Positions 1-10,227 of a stretch of 49,337 bases of DNA are shown piece after piece (position 1 is the first letter of the stretch; the number at the start of each line of letters is the position of its first letter). The notes under the pieces are model-generated. The model did not search any database. It was not told the DNA's origin and was given only the letters and a program-made list of their open reading frames with translations. The stretch is from an uncultured Candidatus Saccharibacteria bacterium. GTDB lineage: Bacteria > Patescibacteriota > Minisyncoccia > Phycocordibacterales > JAACPR01. The stretch is taken from assembly GCA_964589635.1 (NCBI GenBank), contig CAZPRI010000003.1, forward strand, positions 1 to 49,337, given 5' to 3'. A program made the translations under genes and the position numbers.

Positions 1-30
1 GTATTTATTATATCAGTGTTTTGAGTTCTT

Positions 31-120
31 CCCCCCCCCCGTTTATGGAGAGGTTATGTGGAAAAGTATTTATGTAGTTCTGATACAAGCACATAGTCAC
101 CCTCTCCATAAACGGAGGGG
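31..120. repeat. Long imperfect inverted repeat starting in a C10 homopolymer
   Basis: The arms at about 35-53 (CCCCCCGTTTATGGAGAGG) and 100-120 (CCCTCTCCATAAACGGAGGGG) are reverse complements with one mismatch. The C10 run lies at 31-40. Confidence 0.7.
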
Positions 121-156
121 TGTTGCGGAGGATTATGTTAATAAAAATCCCTCTCT

Positions 157-302
157 CGTCATTCCTGCGCAGGCAGGGATCCAGGCCTTAAAAATACTAT
201 TTACGATAGTTTAAAACATGCCTGCACTTTGTAGCTTTAGCGAAAAAGTGGGTCCCCGGCTCAACCTGCCTGCCGGTAGGCAGGGGCCGAGGATGACGCA
301 GG
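157..302 (+). repeat. GC-rich palindromic MITE/REP-like element, composite copy R1
   Basis: It starts CGTCATTCCTGCGCAGGCAGGGATCC (a hairpin) and has an AT-rich spacer. It ends GGGTCCCCGG..CCTGCCTGCCGGTAGGCAGG..CCGAGGATGACG. It is collinear with 16077-16163, and its 3' half is the reverse complement of 6491-6547. Confidence 0.75.
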
Positions 303-387
303 AGTTGTTACGATGAAGGTTTGGTGGGATGAAGATAGTTTTCTAGAGTTCGATGTTGGTTTTGTGTAAAGATTATTATAGAGAAAA

Positions 388-2061
388 CTAAATCTCTTCA
401 TTAACTTCAGGTGAAATAGTTTTTGCTTTCCAGAATTTGGTCTTCAATGTTTTTATTACAGTATTAACTTCATTGTTATCAATCACAATAAAGAAAATAA
501 ATGCAACAAATAGACCGATTAAACCAGAGATGAAACCATGAAAGAAAACGCCAAAGAATGTATTAAGATCAAAAAATCTATCGAAAAAATTCAAGGAAAC
601 AAAGGCAACAATAAATGCGATTAGAGAGCCTGTAATACTTTGCCATGTTGTTCTAATTAAGTCCTTATCGATAATCTTACTAATACCTCTGAATAATCCA
701 GCAAGAAGAACCATATAGATTATCTGACCCAATGTATACGCCATCGATAATGAAAGAACAGTAACATCTGAGAGATTACCTAATCTTAAAAATTCTTTTA
801 CGTAAACAGAAACAGGTGTCTCCATTACAGCTAGGAAAACAAATGAGAAAGATATTACAGAAAAAAACATTGTTATCGTTATAATAAAAGGCTTTAGTGT
901 TTTGCCCATTGCATAATATGCTCGTAAGAAAAGAAGTGAAATACTTTGTGCAAAAATAGACAAAGTAAAAATTGCCAAAGATGCAGCGACCATTCTTGTT
1001 GATTCCCAATCAAAATTACCTGAACCTAGGATAACTCTAACTATCTGAGCTCGTAAAACAACAAACATTGCCATAACAGGAAAAGACCAGAAAATTATAT
1101 GTCGAAGAGCCTTCTGCATATTGGAATAAAATTTATTCATTTCTCCGGAATGGAAATATTTTGAGAGTGTTGGGAAAGCAGCCAAAGAATATGAAACTCC
1201 AATAATAGCAAGGGGTACCGACTGTAGATTATAAGAAAGATTGAAGATAGAAAGTGATCCAAAAGCCATTGATGACGCAAGGAATGTCATAAAGATTAGA
1301 ATACCTTGATTTGCGAGCATTGAGGCCGTTCTCGGCAATGAATTAGAAATTACATACCATTTTTTTTTGAATTGAACTTTAAATGTAAGTTTTGGATAAA
1401 TATCTTCTTCAAAGATAAAAGGAAGTTGAATTAACAAGTGGAAAAATGAACCGAGAACTACTCCGTACGCAAGACCTACTATTCCATATTTTGGATAAAA
1501 GAATAATATCCCCAAAACAATTCCGATATTATAAAGAATTGGAGAAAAAGCATAAATTGTAAATTTTCTATACACCTGCACCAAACTCCCCATAAAACTT
1601 GAAACTGAAAGAATAATCGGCTGGATTAGTAAAATTCTTGTAATGACAATCAGTTCATTTCCTAAGCTTGAATCAAATAGATCCGGAACCATCAGACTTA
1701 GAAATTTTGGTGTCAGGAAGAAAGCAGAAACCAAAACAATGAAAGATACCAAACTTAGGACAGTGAATACAGAGTCTATAAGTTTTTTCAATTCTTCTCT
1801 TGATTCAAGGTACTTTATAAATTGTGGCACAAGAACTGATACAGAAACCAATGTTGAAACTACAACAAACATCAAGTCTGGTAACTTAAATGCGGCATAA
1901 TAAATATCCAACTCTAACCCTGTTCCAAAATGCCCAGCAAGTAATCTATCTCTAAAAAGTGCGACCAATTGAGATATGATTGAGAAAAAAGCTAAGAGAT
2001 ACGCAGCCTCGTGAAGTCCTTTTATTTCTCGACTAAATAGATCTCTTAACTTTTTTACCAT
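388..2061 (-). CDS. murJ: Lipid II flippase MurJ/MviN
   Basis: The 557-aa ORF is a polytopic membrane protein. The N-terminal segment IISQLVALFRDRLLAGHFG..DIYYAAFKLPD matches the conserved MurJ N-terminus. Confidence 0.85.
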   Translation of the reverse strand: MVKKLRDLFSREIKGLHEAAYLLAFFSIISQLVALFRDRLLAGHFGTGLELDIYYAAFKLPDLMFVVVSTLVSVSVLVPQFIKYLESREELKKLIDSVFTVLSLVSFIVLVSAFFLTPKFLSLMVPDLFDSSLGNELIVITRILLIQPIILSVSSFMGSLVQVYRKFTIYAFSPILYNIGIVLGILFFYPKYGIVGLAYGVVLGSFFHLLIQLPFIFEEDIYPKLTFKVQFKKKWYVISNSLPRTASMLANQGILIFMTFLASSMAFGSLSIFNLSYNLQSVPLAIIGVSYSLAAFPTLSKYFHSGEMNKFYSNMQKALRHIIFWSFPVMAMFVVLRAQIVRVILGSGNFDWESTRMVAASLAIFTLSIFAQSISLLFLRAYYAMGKTLKPFIITITMFFSVISFSFVFLAVMETPVSVYVKEFLRLGNLSDVTVLSLSMAYTLGQIIYMVLLAGLFRGISKIIDKDLIRTTWQSITGSLIAFIVAFVSLNFFDRFFDLNTFFGVFFHGFISGLIGLFVAFIFFIVIDNNEVNTVIKTLKTKFWKAKTISPEVNEEI

Positions 2062-2065
2062 TTTA

Positions 2066-4399
2066 TTATTCTTCCTCTACTGTTTCTTCAAGTGGTAATT
2101 CTTCTATTTCCTCTATTTCTTCTTTAGTAGTAATCCCTCCTGTTTTTAGTTGTTCTAGTATTCTATCTACTTCTTCATTTTCTGGATTCAATAATTTCAA
2201 ATCCTCAAACTGTAGAATAGCCTCTTCCGATCTTCCTACTTGATCGTAACTCAATCCTAAGAAATATTTTGCATTAGAAAATAGAGGTCTTAGTATTACA
2301 GATCTTTCAAAAGCATTTACAGCTAGTTGATATTCACCCTGTTCGTACTGAAGAAGTCCTAGCTGGAAATACAGGTTTGGATCATTAGGTTGAATATTAA
2401 TTGATGACTGAACACTTACTATTGCATCATCTATATTGCCCTCTGATACTTGAATTCTAGACAGTAAATATACAGCTTCTACAAACATTGGATTTATTTC
2501 TAGAGCCTCTGAAATAAATTCTTTTGCTTCGGAATTTTTTTCTGCGTAAAATGCTGCACTAGCCATACCTACAATTAGACCAGGATTTTTAGGATTTACT
2601 TCTCTTGCAGCCTCATATGCTTTTATACTTTGTTCATAAGAACCTTCGACACCTAATTGAATCAATTGTTCATAGATGTTTGCTAATGAAACATAGTTAA
2701 TATAATTGTTTCTATCAATATTGATTGCTGCTGAAGATGCTGCGATTGAGCCTGAGAGTAGCTCTCTAAAAGCATCAACATTGCCAAGTTCTTCAATATT
2801 TCCCTGCTGAAGGAGTCTCCCTATTTCAATTTGATAATACTCACTCAAACCTCTCAAACTTATTTCATTAGTGAATACATTTACTGAATTCAAAAGGTTA
2901 ACTCTTGCACCATCATAGTCCCCCTCTAAAATACTTGCATTTGCTTTCTCAAACAATATTACTGATGAGAATTGTCTCGCAGACATATAACCAATATAAA
3001 TAGATCCAATCATCAAGACGATTACTGAAAATATATACAAGAAACCAATTTTTGGTTTTTCATCTATTTTTACCACTACACAATTGTAAAGTTTATTCCT
3101 TGTAAGTGATCCGATAAACAATCCTAAAATAGCGAATGAGACCACTAGAACAGAAATAGATGGGATATGCATAGACAGAACAAGAACGACAAATAAAATA
3201 GAGAATGAATGAATAAGATTTAATTTACTATTGATAAAGTCATCTGTTTCTTTAAATAAGAGTTTTATAATACTCCAGATAACCATGATGATAAAGAATA
3301 ACCAAGCAATCGAACCAAATATACCAACCTTTGCTGGAATACTTAGTAAATAAGAATATCCAAAGACAAAATCTGTTCCCCAATAACTAGTCTTATTAAT
3401 ATCATCTGACTTGTATACTTGCCAAGCTCTATCAAATCTATTCTCACCCACGCCTAAAATAGGTTTTTCAGATAGTACATTTTTAGACACTTCTAGAGTA
3501 CTTTCAATTCCCGGTTTTGTTTCTGTAAAAACTATATTTAACCAAGAATCTGTAAATTGAGAAAAAATATTTCCTCCAAGGATCATAACAAATGATAATA
3601 GTATGACTGCAATGGTTGTATAAGGAAGGTTTTTATTTATAGAATCACTAGATATTTTTCTTGAATGAACTATTTTATAAACCAGGTACACAATTGAAAG
3701 AGCTCCCAGTATTAACCAGATGATGAATTCATTAATAACAAGTGCTGATATTCCAGAGACAACTAGTCCAAACCAAGCAAACATCTTTAGTCCATTCTTT
3801 GTCTTCTGTTTTTCAATAATAAGGTATGAAATAATTACAACCAAAACAGAAATCATACCGAAGTCAGACCATTTACCAAAAGTATTAACTGAATTTGACA
3901 GAAAGAATCCAAAGTTAGGTAAAGCGCCTAAAAATACATAGAGAATATTAATAAATAGAGATAATACAAGGGAAAAATATACTGTAATTGTAGCAACATA
4001 AGAACTCTTCTTTGAACTAAACATTGACCCAATCAAAAGAGATGTTACGAATAGCATCAATAGTCCTACAAAAGTAGAGGCAGAAAGCCTGTTACCAAAT
4101 ATAGAAATAAACGGATTCTCTGAAAAAATAGATGAGGAAAGTGACGATACTAAAACTAGAAGTATAGATAGAGATAGTAGATTCTTAGGAAATTTGAATT
4201 CATCCTTTTTAAGTCTAGAAATAGACCAGAGTATAAGTGCAATCAGAACAGCACCAAAAAATAATCCTATTTTCATGTTGTAAATAGAATACAAGTTATT
4301 TGGATAAAACAGGAATGGAGTCAAAAAGACTGACACCAATAAAACGAACTTCGATATAGATAGAACATCTATCTTATTTTTTTTAATTTTCAAATTCAT
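2066..4399 (-). CDS. O-antigen ligase (Wzy_C)-like polytopic membrane protein with C-terminal TPR repeats
   Basis: The 777-aa ORF has about 12 hydrophobic helices followed by roughly 300 aa of TPR-like repeats (A..Y..A...NP pattern). Confidence 0.55.
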   Translation of the reverse strand: MNLKIKKNKIDVLSISKFVLLVSVFLTPFLFYPNNLYSIYNMKIGLFFGAVLIALILWSISRLKKDEFKFPKNLLSLSILLVLVSSLSSSIFSENPFISIFGNRLSASTFVGLLMLFVTSLLIGSMFSSKKSSYVATITVYFSLVLSLFINILYVFLGALPNFGFFLSNSVNTFGKWSDFGMISVLVVIISYLIIEKQKTKNGLKMFAWFGLVVSGISALVINEFIIWLILGALSIVYLVYKIVHSRKISSDSINKNLPYTTIAVILLSFVMILGGNIFSQFTDSWLNIVFTETKPGIESTLEVSKNVLSEKPILGVGENRFDRAWQVYKSDDINKTSYWGTDFVFGYSYLLSIPAKVGIFGSIAWLFFIIMVIWSIIKLLFKETDDFINSKLNLIHSFSILFVVLVLSMHIPSISVLVVSFAILGLFIGSLTRNKLYNCVVVKIDEKPKIGFLYIFSVIVLMIGSIYIGYMSARQFSSVILFEKANASILEGDYDGARVNLLNSVNVFTNEISLRGLSEYYQIEIGRLLQQGNIEELGNVDAFRELLSGSIAASSAAINIDRNNYINYVSLANIYEQLIQLGVEGSYEQSIKAYEAAREVNPKNPGLIVGMASAAFYAEKNSEAKEFISEALEINPMFVEAVYLLSRIQVSEGNIDDAIVSVQSSINIQPNDPNLYFQLGLLQYEQGEYQLAVNAFERSVILRPLFSNAKYFLGLSYDQVGRSEEAILQFEDLKLLNPENEEVDRILEQLKTGGITTKEEIEEIEELPLEETVEEE

Positions 4400-4461
4400 A
4401 CAATAAAATTACCCTTTTAATATCTTAAATTATACCCTACTTTTCTGGTTTAATAAAAAAG

Positions 4462-4493
4462 AAAAAACCAGTTTATATATAAACTGGTTTTTT
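4462..4493 (-). terminator. Rho-independent terminator after the RNase P RNA (palindromic, bidirectional)
   Basis: AAAAAACCAGTTTA-TATAT-TAAACTGGTTTTTT forms a perfect stem flanked by A and T runs. Confidence 0.7.
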
Positions 4494-4500
4494 CTTTTTA

Positions 4501-4832
4501 TCATACCTATAAGCCGAATTCTGTAACTCGTTAGACGAGCCGGTAATCATTTATCTGGACCACACATTACTCTGTGGTTCTAGCGGCACTCCCCTCGATT
4601 ACTCTCGGGACTCGGCCTTGCACGAAGGTAAGGATTTTGCCGTTTCATTCTTATGTTTCCATAAGATTATTCCCTAGGGAATCCTAGATCTTTCGATTTC
4701 GGCGTCACTGCTCGCACCTCTACAATTACTTGCGACGGGTGTTACCCGCTACCATTCTCTCCTGCTCTACAAAAGTTTCACAGGACCCGTGTTCGGACTT
4801 TCCTCCCCTAAATTAGAGGTAATTACCCAGTA
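4501..4832 (-). ncRNA. rnpB: RNase P RNA, bacterial type A
   Basis: The reverse strand carries GGGGAGGAAAGTCCGAAC, the universal GAGGAAAGUCC P4 motif. It also has GGTAACACCCG, GCAAGGCCGAG, AGATAAATGATTACCGG and the 3' ACAGAATTCGGCTTATAGG, in the E. coli M1 RNA order. No ORF is present. The ends are approximate to about 10 nt. Confidence 0.9.
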
Positions 4833-4856
4833 CGATTATTTTATTATATAATATAT

Positions 4857-5357
4857 TTAATATAAATCAATAGTATCTCCAAGCTTAATATTTGATCTTC
4901 CTACAAAACCTGCGGGAACCTCCAGAACGAAAGATGCATCTTTTTCGGGCTCGAAGACTGTTGGATATGTATCAGGAGAAACACTTTCTTCAATATGAAC
5001 GATTGAACCAAATCTATCAAACCAGATTATATCAATCGAAAAGTTCATATCTTTCATCCAAATTCCATGAGTATCAGCATCTTCAAATATAAAAAACATA
5101 CCTGTTCCATCATTTAATTCCTTAGTGTCAGATAACCCTTTTAACCTTTTCTGCACAGTATCTGCAACCTTTACTTTTATTACAGATGGTCCAAATACAA
5201 GAATCCTACTCTGGTAACCAGATAAGATTTCCTGAAAAGCAGATTTTGTAAAACCATACATTGTTGGGGTGTAGACTAAAAATAAAAAATAAACAGCAAT
5301 AATTAATATTCCCCTTAAAGATAATAGGACCCAATGTTTAATTTTTTCGTAACACAT
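4857..5357 (-). CDS. DUF192 family protein
   Basis: The ORF has an N-terminal TM segment, then VADT..KR.KGLS...L....GM.F.F......WMKDM...IDIIW.D..G.IV.I......P..F.LE.PAG, which fits the DUF192 pattern. Confidence 0.7.
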   Translation of the reverse strand: MCYEKIKHWVLLSLRGILIIAVYFLFLVYTPTMYGFTKSAFQEILSGYQSRILVFGPSVIKVKVADTVQKRLKGLSDTKELNDGTGMFFIFEDADTHGIWMKDMNFSIDIIWFDRFGSIVHIEESVSPDTYPTVFEPEKDASFVLEVPAGFVGRSNIKLGDTIDLY

Positions 5358-5868
5358 AAATAGAAGAGATGATTATCACTATAAAAACTATCAATGATAC
5401 GAAGGGAATAGTAACAAAACCAAATTTCACAAACTCAGGAACACTACAATCGGATCCCGCAGTAGGAGAACAAAGAACCGCAGACTCACCTACAAACGAA
5501 GTCATTTGTAATAAGTAATGATATAAAGCAATCAAGCCTCCGATAATAGCAAAGACTATTGAATAAATTGCACCTCCTCTTAGATCTTTTCTATACAAGG
5601 AAATACCAGATGTAAAAGCTATTGGGTACATGAAAATTCTTTGGTACCAACAAAGGTCGCATGGGGGGAAGGTGAAAGCAAGAGATAAAATCATACTACC
5701 AACCAAGGAAAGGGACGCCAATATAAAAATAAACTGTGTACCATACTTATTTAAGAATTTTATATAAAAATTAGCATTTTTTGTGCTAACAGCCAAAATA
5801 TACGATAGAATCAAAACACTCATTAATAGTGCTCCAAGAGATAGTATTGTTATAAATAAATATTGCAT
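5338..5868 (-). CDS. Disulfide bond formation protein, DsbB/BdbC family
   Basis: The ORF predicts four TM helices. PPCDLCWYQRIFMYP matches the BdbC-type CxxC motif, and a second Cys pair (CSPTAGSDC) is present. Confidence 0.8.
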   Translation of the reverse strand: MQYLFITILSLGALLMSVLILSYILAVSTKNANFYIKFLNKYGTQFIFILASLSLVGSMILSLAFTFPPCDLCWYQRIFMYPIAFTSGISLYRKDLRGGAIYSIVFAIIGGLIALYHYLLQMTSFVGESAVLCSPTAGSDCSVPEFVKFGFVTIPFVSLIVFIVIIISSIYVLRKN

Positions 5869-5878
5869 ATAATTTACA

Positions 5879-6400
5879 TTAAGGCGTTGTTAAAAGTAAC
5901 CCAAACAGTCTAACACGTATTAATTTTAACCAATCATTTGTCTCCTTATTTTGGCCAAAGTAAAATCTAACCCCCCTATTTAAAATGGATTGGTTTTTAC
6001 TCTTCTCAATAATAGTTACTTCAGTATCATTCTCTTTTTCATCAAAAATAAAAACCCAGGAACCTGTAACACCATAACTACTTTCAGTCATTTCAATTAC
6101 GACTTCTTTGTTTTCTACTATCTTTATGTGTCTAAACTTTCGGTAATTTTTAGTGTTTAGATTTTCTATCCATGAATATAAATTTCTATATTTTCCTAGT
6201 ATTTCGACTGAATCGACCTCGCTCTTACCATCAGGTATTTTCTCAACATCGGTTAAAACCAAGATAATATCTCTAGGAGAAAAATCAACTGAAAAAGTTG
6301 TCTCATTATTATACTCTTCTGGAATAAGGTACCCCGTTACAAATAGAACTAAATAGATAAATCCTATAGTTGCGAAAATTAAAGAAAATATTCTTAACAT
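5879..6400 (-). CDS. Membrane-anchored hypothetical protein, possibly SRPBCC-like fold
   Basis: The 173-aa ORF has an N-terminal TM helix. The fold assignment is only a weak pattern impression. Confidence 0.45.
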   Translation of the reverse strand: MLRIFSLIFATIGFIYLVLFVTGYLIPEEYNNETTFSVDFSPRDIILVLTDVEKIPDGKSEVDSVEILGKYRNLYSWIENLNTKNYRKFRHIKIVENKEVVIEMTESSYGVTGSWVFIFDEKENDTEVTIIEKSKNQSILNRGVRFYFGQNKETNDWLKLIRVRLFGLLLTTP

Positions 6401-6490
6401 TGGTTTAATTATAGCAAAATATATCCATTATAGTTATAACCTATAATATGATTGTCACACACAAACTCCACAGTCATACTCCGCAAACCC

Positions 6491-6547
6491 CCACCGTCAT
6501 CATCGGGCCCTGTCTACCGGCAGGCAGGTTTAACCCGGGGATCCATG
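6491..6547 (-). repeat. GC-rich palindromic element, copy R2
   Basis: CCACCGTCATCATCGGGCCCTGTCTACCGGCAGGCAGGTTTAACCCGGGGATCCATG is near-identical to the reverse complement of 250-302. Confidence 0.8.
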
Positions 6548-6595
6548 TTTAAAAACATACAGAGCCTATTCCTGTGTTATTATTGAAACAACAAC

Positions 6596-6928
6596 ATGGA
6601 AAAATTTAGATCAGAAAAAAACCCTGTCTCAGATGAGATTGGATTAATGAATCATGAAATTACTCCCAAAGATAGGTTGCAAAACCAAATTAGATTAGCA
6701 ACAGATGTTTTTTCAATATTAAAATCAGACTCGAAAATAGATTTTGAATCTACAGAAGGCAGAAACGAGATTATGAATCTTTGGGGTAAAGAAAATTTTT
6801 CTAAAATTTACAGAGAACTTGAAGAAGACGCCGCGTTTAAATTTCATAAAAGACTCAGTGGGGATATTTACAAAATTACCGCAGAGGACATTATAAAGTA
6901 TAAAGATTCTGGAGAACTACCTGAATAA
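6596..6928 (+). CDS. Hypothetical protein (110 aa)
   Basis: A clean ORF followed directly by a terminator. No motif recognised. Confidence 0.5.
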   Translation: MEKFRSEKNPVSDEIGLMNHEITPKDRLQNQIRLATDVFSILKSDSKIDFESTEGRNEIMNLWGKENFSKIYRELEEDAAFKFHKRLSGDIYKITAEDIIKYKDSGELPE

Positions 6929-6933
6929 TTATA

Positions 6934-6962
6934 AAAAGCGGCGACCGAAGGTCGCTGCTTTC
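6934..6962. terminator. Rho-independent terminator (GC clamp, GAAG loop)
   Basis: AAAGCGGCGACC-GAAG-GTCGCTGCTTT lies between convergent genes. Confidence 0.8.
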
Positions 6963-7892
6963 TTAATCCCAATTAGTATCTTCTCCAGTCAATGCCTGTA
7001 TTCTTTCTTCTACAGGTGGATGAGTTAAGAAAATCTTATTAAAGAAACTTCTTTTTTTATTTTTATGTAATTCTTGTAATTTAATACCACTATTAAATGG
7101 ATCAGAAATAAAGAGATGAGCAGTAGCATGACTAGCTTTTTTCATAGCTACAGGATATTCACTAATCTTTTTTAATGCAGAAGCCAAACCCTGAGGATAC
7201 CTAGTCATTAATGCACCAGTTGAATCAGCAAGAAATTCTCTTTTCCTTGAAATAGCTAATTGCATGAAACCTGCAATGATTGGAATAATTATTGCCCCAA
7301 TCAGGCCAATAATCATGATCAGACCATTACCCTTATTATCTCTATCACCCAGGAAAAAAGTACTCCTAATGAAGAAATCTGTCACTAATGCAATAAGTCC
7401 GACCAAAACAACAACAACTGATTGAAGCAATATATCCCTATTTTTTATGTGTGAAAGTTCATGTGCGATAACACCCTCAAGCTCACTCTTATTAAGAAGC
7501 GCCAAAAGGCCACTAGTGAATGCAACGGCACTATGTTCATAATCACGTCCAGTAGCAAAAGCGTTAGGAGCAGATTCATCTATCACATATATTTTTGGCA
7601 TTGGTAGACCTGCAGTAATACATAAATTCTCGACCAAAGTATATAGGCCATAATATTCCTCTTTATCCACTTTCTTTGCTCCAGTTAATTTTAGAACAAT
7701 CTTGTCACTAAACCAGAAAGAGAAAACATTCATCAGTAATGCAAAAAGAAAGAACACGTAAATTATTGTTAGAGAATCATAATAGAGGCTAAAAAACCAC
7801 CCAATTAAAACAATAATTAATGCAAAACCTGACATCAGTAGCCAAGTTTTTGAAACATTACTTTCTCCTACTTTGTATAAATTTGAAGACAT
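6963..7892 (-). CDS. htpX: Zinc metalloprotease HtpX (M48)
   Basis: The ORF has the HELSHIKNRD HExxH motif, TM helices and a THPP..ERI C-terminal motif. It is adjacent to lemA. Confidence 0.9.
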   Translation of the reverse strand: MSSNLYKVGESNVSKTWLLMSGFALIIVLIGWFFSLYYDSLTIIYVFFLFALLMNVFSFWFSDKIVLKLTGAKKVDKEEYYGLYTLVENLCITAGLPMPKIYVIDESAPNAFATGRDYEHSAVAFTSGLLALLNKSELEGVIAHELSHIKNRDILLQSVVVVLVGLIALVTDFFIRSTFFLGDRDNKGNGLIMIIGLIGAIIIPIIAGFMQLAISRKREFLADSTGALMTRYPQGLASALKKISEYPVAMKKASHATAHLFISDPFNSGIKLQELHKNKKRSFFNKIFLTHPPVEERIQALTGEDTNWD

Positions 7893-7905
7893 TTATATAC
7901 TTTTC

Positions 7906-8460
7906 TTAGAATTTTACTTTTACGGGTTCTCTTGCTGCGGCTTCTTCAAACTCAAAGAAGTCCTTTTTTGTAAACTTAAATATATTGGCAATAATATTAC
8001 TTGTGAACGATTCAACTGCAATATTTAGATCTCGCACATTTGTATTGTAAAACCTTCTTGAAGCTTGAATTTTATTTTCGGTATCAGTTAATTCTCTTTG
8101 AAGTTCTAAAAAGTTTTCATTAGCCTTTAGATCAGGATAACTTTCTGAGACAGCAAACAGAGACTTCAAAGCTCCTGAAAGCATGTTCTCAGCGTCAGCC
8201 TGTTCTTCTACACTTTGAGCTCCCATTGCGGCAGTTCTTGCCTCTGTAACTTTTTGGAATGTGGCACTTTCGTGTGCAGCATAACCCTTAACAGTTTCAA
8301 TAAGATTTGGAATAAGGTCATACCTTCTTTTTAATTGAACATCAATGTCTGACCACGCTTCTTTAGCTCTTGTACTTAGCTTTACGAATTTATTGTAGAA
8401 TCCAGCAACCATCAAGGCCACAAGAACTACAATAATTAATATAATTGTTGTAATACCCAT
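7906..8460 (-). CDS. lemA: LemA family protein
   Basis: The ORF has an N-terminal TM helix plus YN..V........AWS.IDVQLKRR.DLIPNL....K typical of LemA. Confidence 0.85.
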   Translation of the reverse strand: MGITTIILIIVVLVALMVAGFYNKFVKLSTRAKEAWSDIDVQLKRRYDLIPNLIETVKGYAAHESATFQKVTEARTAAMGAQSVEEQADAENMLSGALKSLFAVSESYPDLKANENFLELQRELTDTENKIQASRRFYNTNVRDLNIAVESFTSNIIANIFKFTKKDFFEFEEAAAREPVKVKF

Positions 8461-8505
8461 AAAAAATTAATTAATTTTAACAATAATAGTATACCATTTT
8501 AATTT

Positions 8506-8539
8506 AAAAAGCGGTCACGTTTTACGTGACCGCTTTTTT
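8506..8539. terminator. Rho-independent terminator
   Basis: AAAAAGCGGTCACGT-TTT-ACGTGACCGCTTTTTT. Confidence 0.8.
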
Positions 8540-8559
8540 AACTGCATTAACCCTAATGA

Positions 8560-9267
8560 TTAATTAACTTTTTTAAGATTTTGATAAACTTCAACTGAGT
8601 CAACAGTATCAAACAGAGATACTGTTTCAACTATTTGAGTAATAGCTAAATCTTTCTTACAAGTAGAATTTTCTTCCTCTGCAAAATCACCTTTCAAATA
8701 AACTTTTGCAACACCCTCCTCAAGGACAGCGTTTTCAAAAAGAAGATTAGTGTGATATGTAGGAATAATATTTCCTGGCATAAAATCAGTTGCAACTTTA
8801 TCTTCAAAAATAGATTTTAATGTCTCATTAATAACACCAGGAACCTCAGGGACTCGTGTTGATACAAAAGCAAACTTTCCACAAGAAACCTCTCCAGCAC
8901 CTTCCACAGAATATTCGACATTATCGAAGACAACAGCAACCTGAACTTCTCTTGTGTTATTTACGAATAATGTTGCTGACTCTACTGAGTTTTCATATTG
9001 ACCATTAAAAACATCCTCAACTGACAAAACTGCGTCATTTGCATTATTGAATACTCTTTCAAGTTCTTCTTCATCAAACGATATTTCATAATTTTCCTCT
9101 TCTTCTGAAGGATTATTATTAAATGGCCATATGTCTTTACCACTCTTTACTAATAAGAAACCAACAATTACTAATAAAATTAATGCGACCACAATCTCAA
9201 CAATTATCCAACCTGTCTTACTGACATTACCACAAGTTTCCCTGCAAAAATTCTTTATCTTTTCCAT
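8560..9267 (-). CDS. Membrane-anchored protein with a GerMN-like C-terminal domain
   Basis: The ORF has a TM helix and an acidic linker. The C-terminal pattern ..GVAKVYLKGDF......AITQIVETV..F..V..VEV resembles GerMN. Confidence 0.45.
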   Translation of the reverse strand: MEKIKNFCRETCGNVSKTGWIIVEIVVALILLVIVGFLLVKSGKDIWPFNNNPSEEEENYEISFDEEELERVFNNANDAVLSVEDVFNGQYENSVESATLFVNNTREVQVAVVFDNVEYSVEGAGEVSCGKFAFVSTRVPEVPGVINETLKSIFEDKVATDFMPGNIIPTYHTNLLFENAVLEEGVAKVYLKGDFAEEENSTCKKDLAITQIVETVSLFDTVDSVEVYQNLKKVN

Positions 9268-9349
9268 ATGCCCCTATATTGCACTCGAGTAAAAGAAAAA
9301 TCAAGTTTTACACCAAACCTGTTTCTAGGTTTGACAATATATAATTTTA

Positions 9350-10018
9350 ATGTATAAAGAAAAAAGAATGCGTACAATTAACAGAAAACACGATCCTTGG
9401 TTTTCTAGTCATTCAAGAGAATCATTATCAGAGCGATTCTATGGTTCTGAAGAGTGTATATTGAATTACCTAAAGCAGGACAGATTTATCCCCTACTATG
9501 TCAGACCTAATTCCGTGAGGACATGTAAACTCATCTTTATCAAAGAGCTCAATGTTTTTATCACGGTTGTTCAGGATGAGTCCAATGGCGGAATAATTAC
9601 AATCTTGGACAAGATTAAATTATCACCAATTAATTCCAAATCCGCTCATAAAATCATCTTGGGAATGCTCAAAGGCAATAGGCTGACTTCAGAAGCACCT
9701 GATGAAACACTGGTCAAAAAAATCCTTGCTGGAAAGGATGCCTACCCGGAATTTCGAAACATCGGTATCTCTTTAATCATAAGAGAAAAATTGATGACCG
9801 AAAAGGGTGTCATTATAAAAACTCGCAAAAGAGAAGGTGGTATCTCTACGAACGATCTTTTGAACTTATCAAAGGAATCTTCTCTTGAGAATTACTTTAG
9901 TGACATGATTCGTTTTCGTTTCAGTCGACACATCAACCCTAATGTATTTTTCGTTTGTCTTTTTTTAAAACCAGACAAGAATTCTTACCCCATTCCGGTA
10001 TTCTGGGGAAATATCTAA
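9350..10018 (+). CDS. Hypothetical protein (222 aa)
   Basis: A clean ORF with slightly higher GC than its neighbours, followed by a terminator and a repeat element. Confidence 0.5.
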   Translation: MYKEKRMRTINRKHDPWFSSHSRESLSERFYGSEECILNYLKQDRFIPYYVRPNSVRTCKLIFIKELNVFITVVQDESNGGIITILDKIKLSPINSKSAHKIILGMLKGNRLTSEAPDETLVKKILAGKDAYPEFRNIGISLIIREKLMTEKGVIIKTRKREGGISTNDLLNLSKESSLENYFSDMIRFRFSRHINPNVFFVCLFLKPDKNSYPIPVFWGNI

Positions 10019-10020
10019 AC

Positions 10021-10056
10021 AAAAGTCGTGACTAATCACATTGTCGCGACTTTTTT
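10021..10056 (+). terminator. Rho-independent terminator
   Basis: AAAAGTCGTGAC..GTCGCGACTTTTTT. Confidence 0.65.
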
Positions 10057-10070
10057 ATATCTATCTTCTT

Positions 10071-10176
10071 GCCTTCGGCAGGATCCGAGTGATTGCCGTG
10101 GGCGATAAGGTGAGATAAAACTTGGGTCCCCGGGTCAAGCCCGAGGATGACGGTGGTTTTTGGAGGATGACGATGG
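10071..10176 (+). repeat. GC-rich palindromic element, copy R3
   Basis: GGGTCCCCGGGTCAAGCCCGAGGATGACGGTGG is followed by a second GGAGGATGACGATGG. Confidence 0.7.
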
Positions 10177-10227
10177 ACTTATCTATCTATTCCCTATTTC
10201 AAAGCTTTGTGCTATATTTTTAATCCT

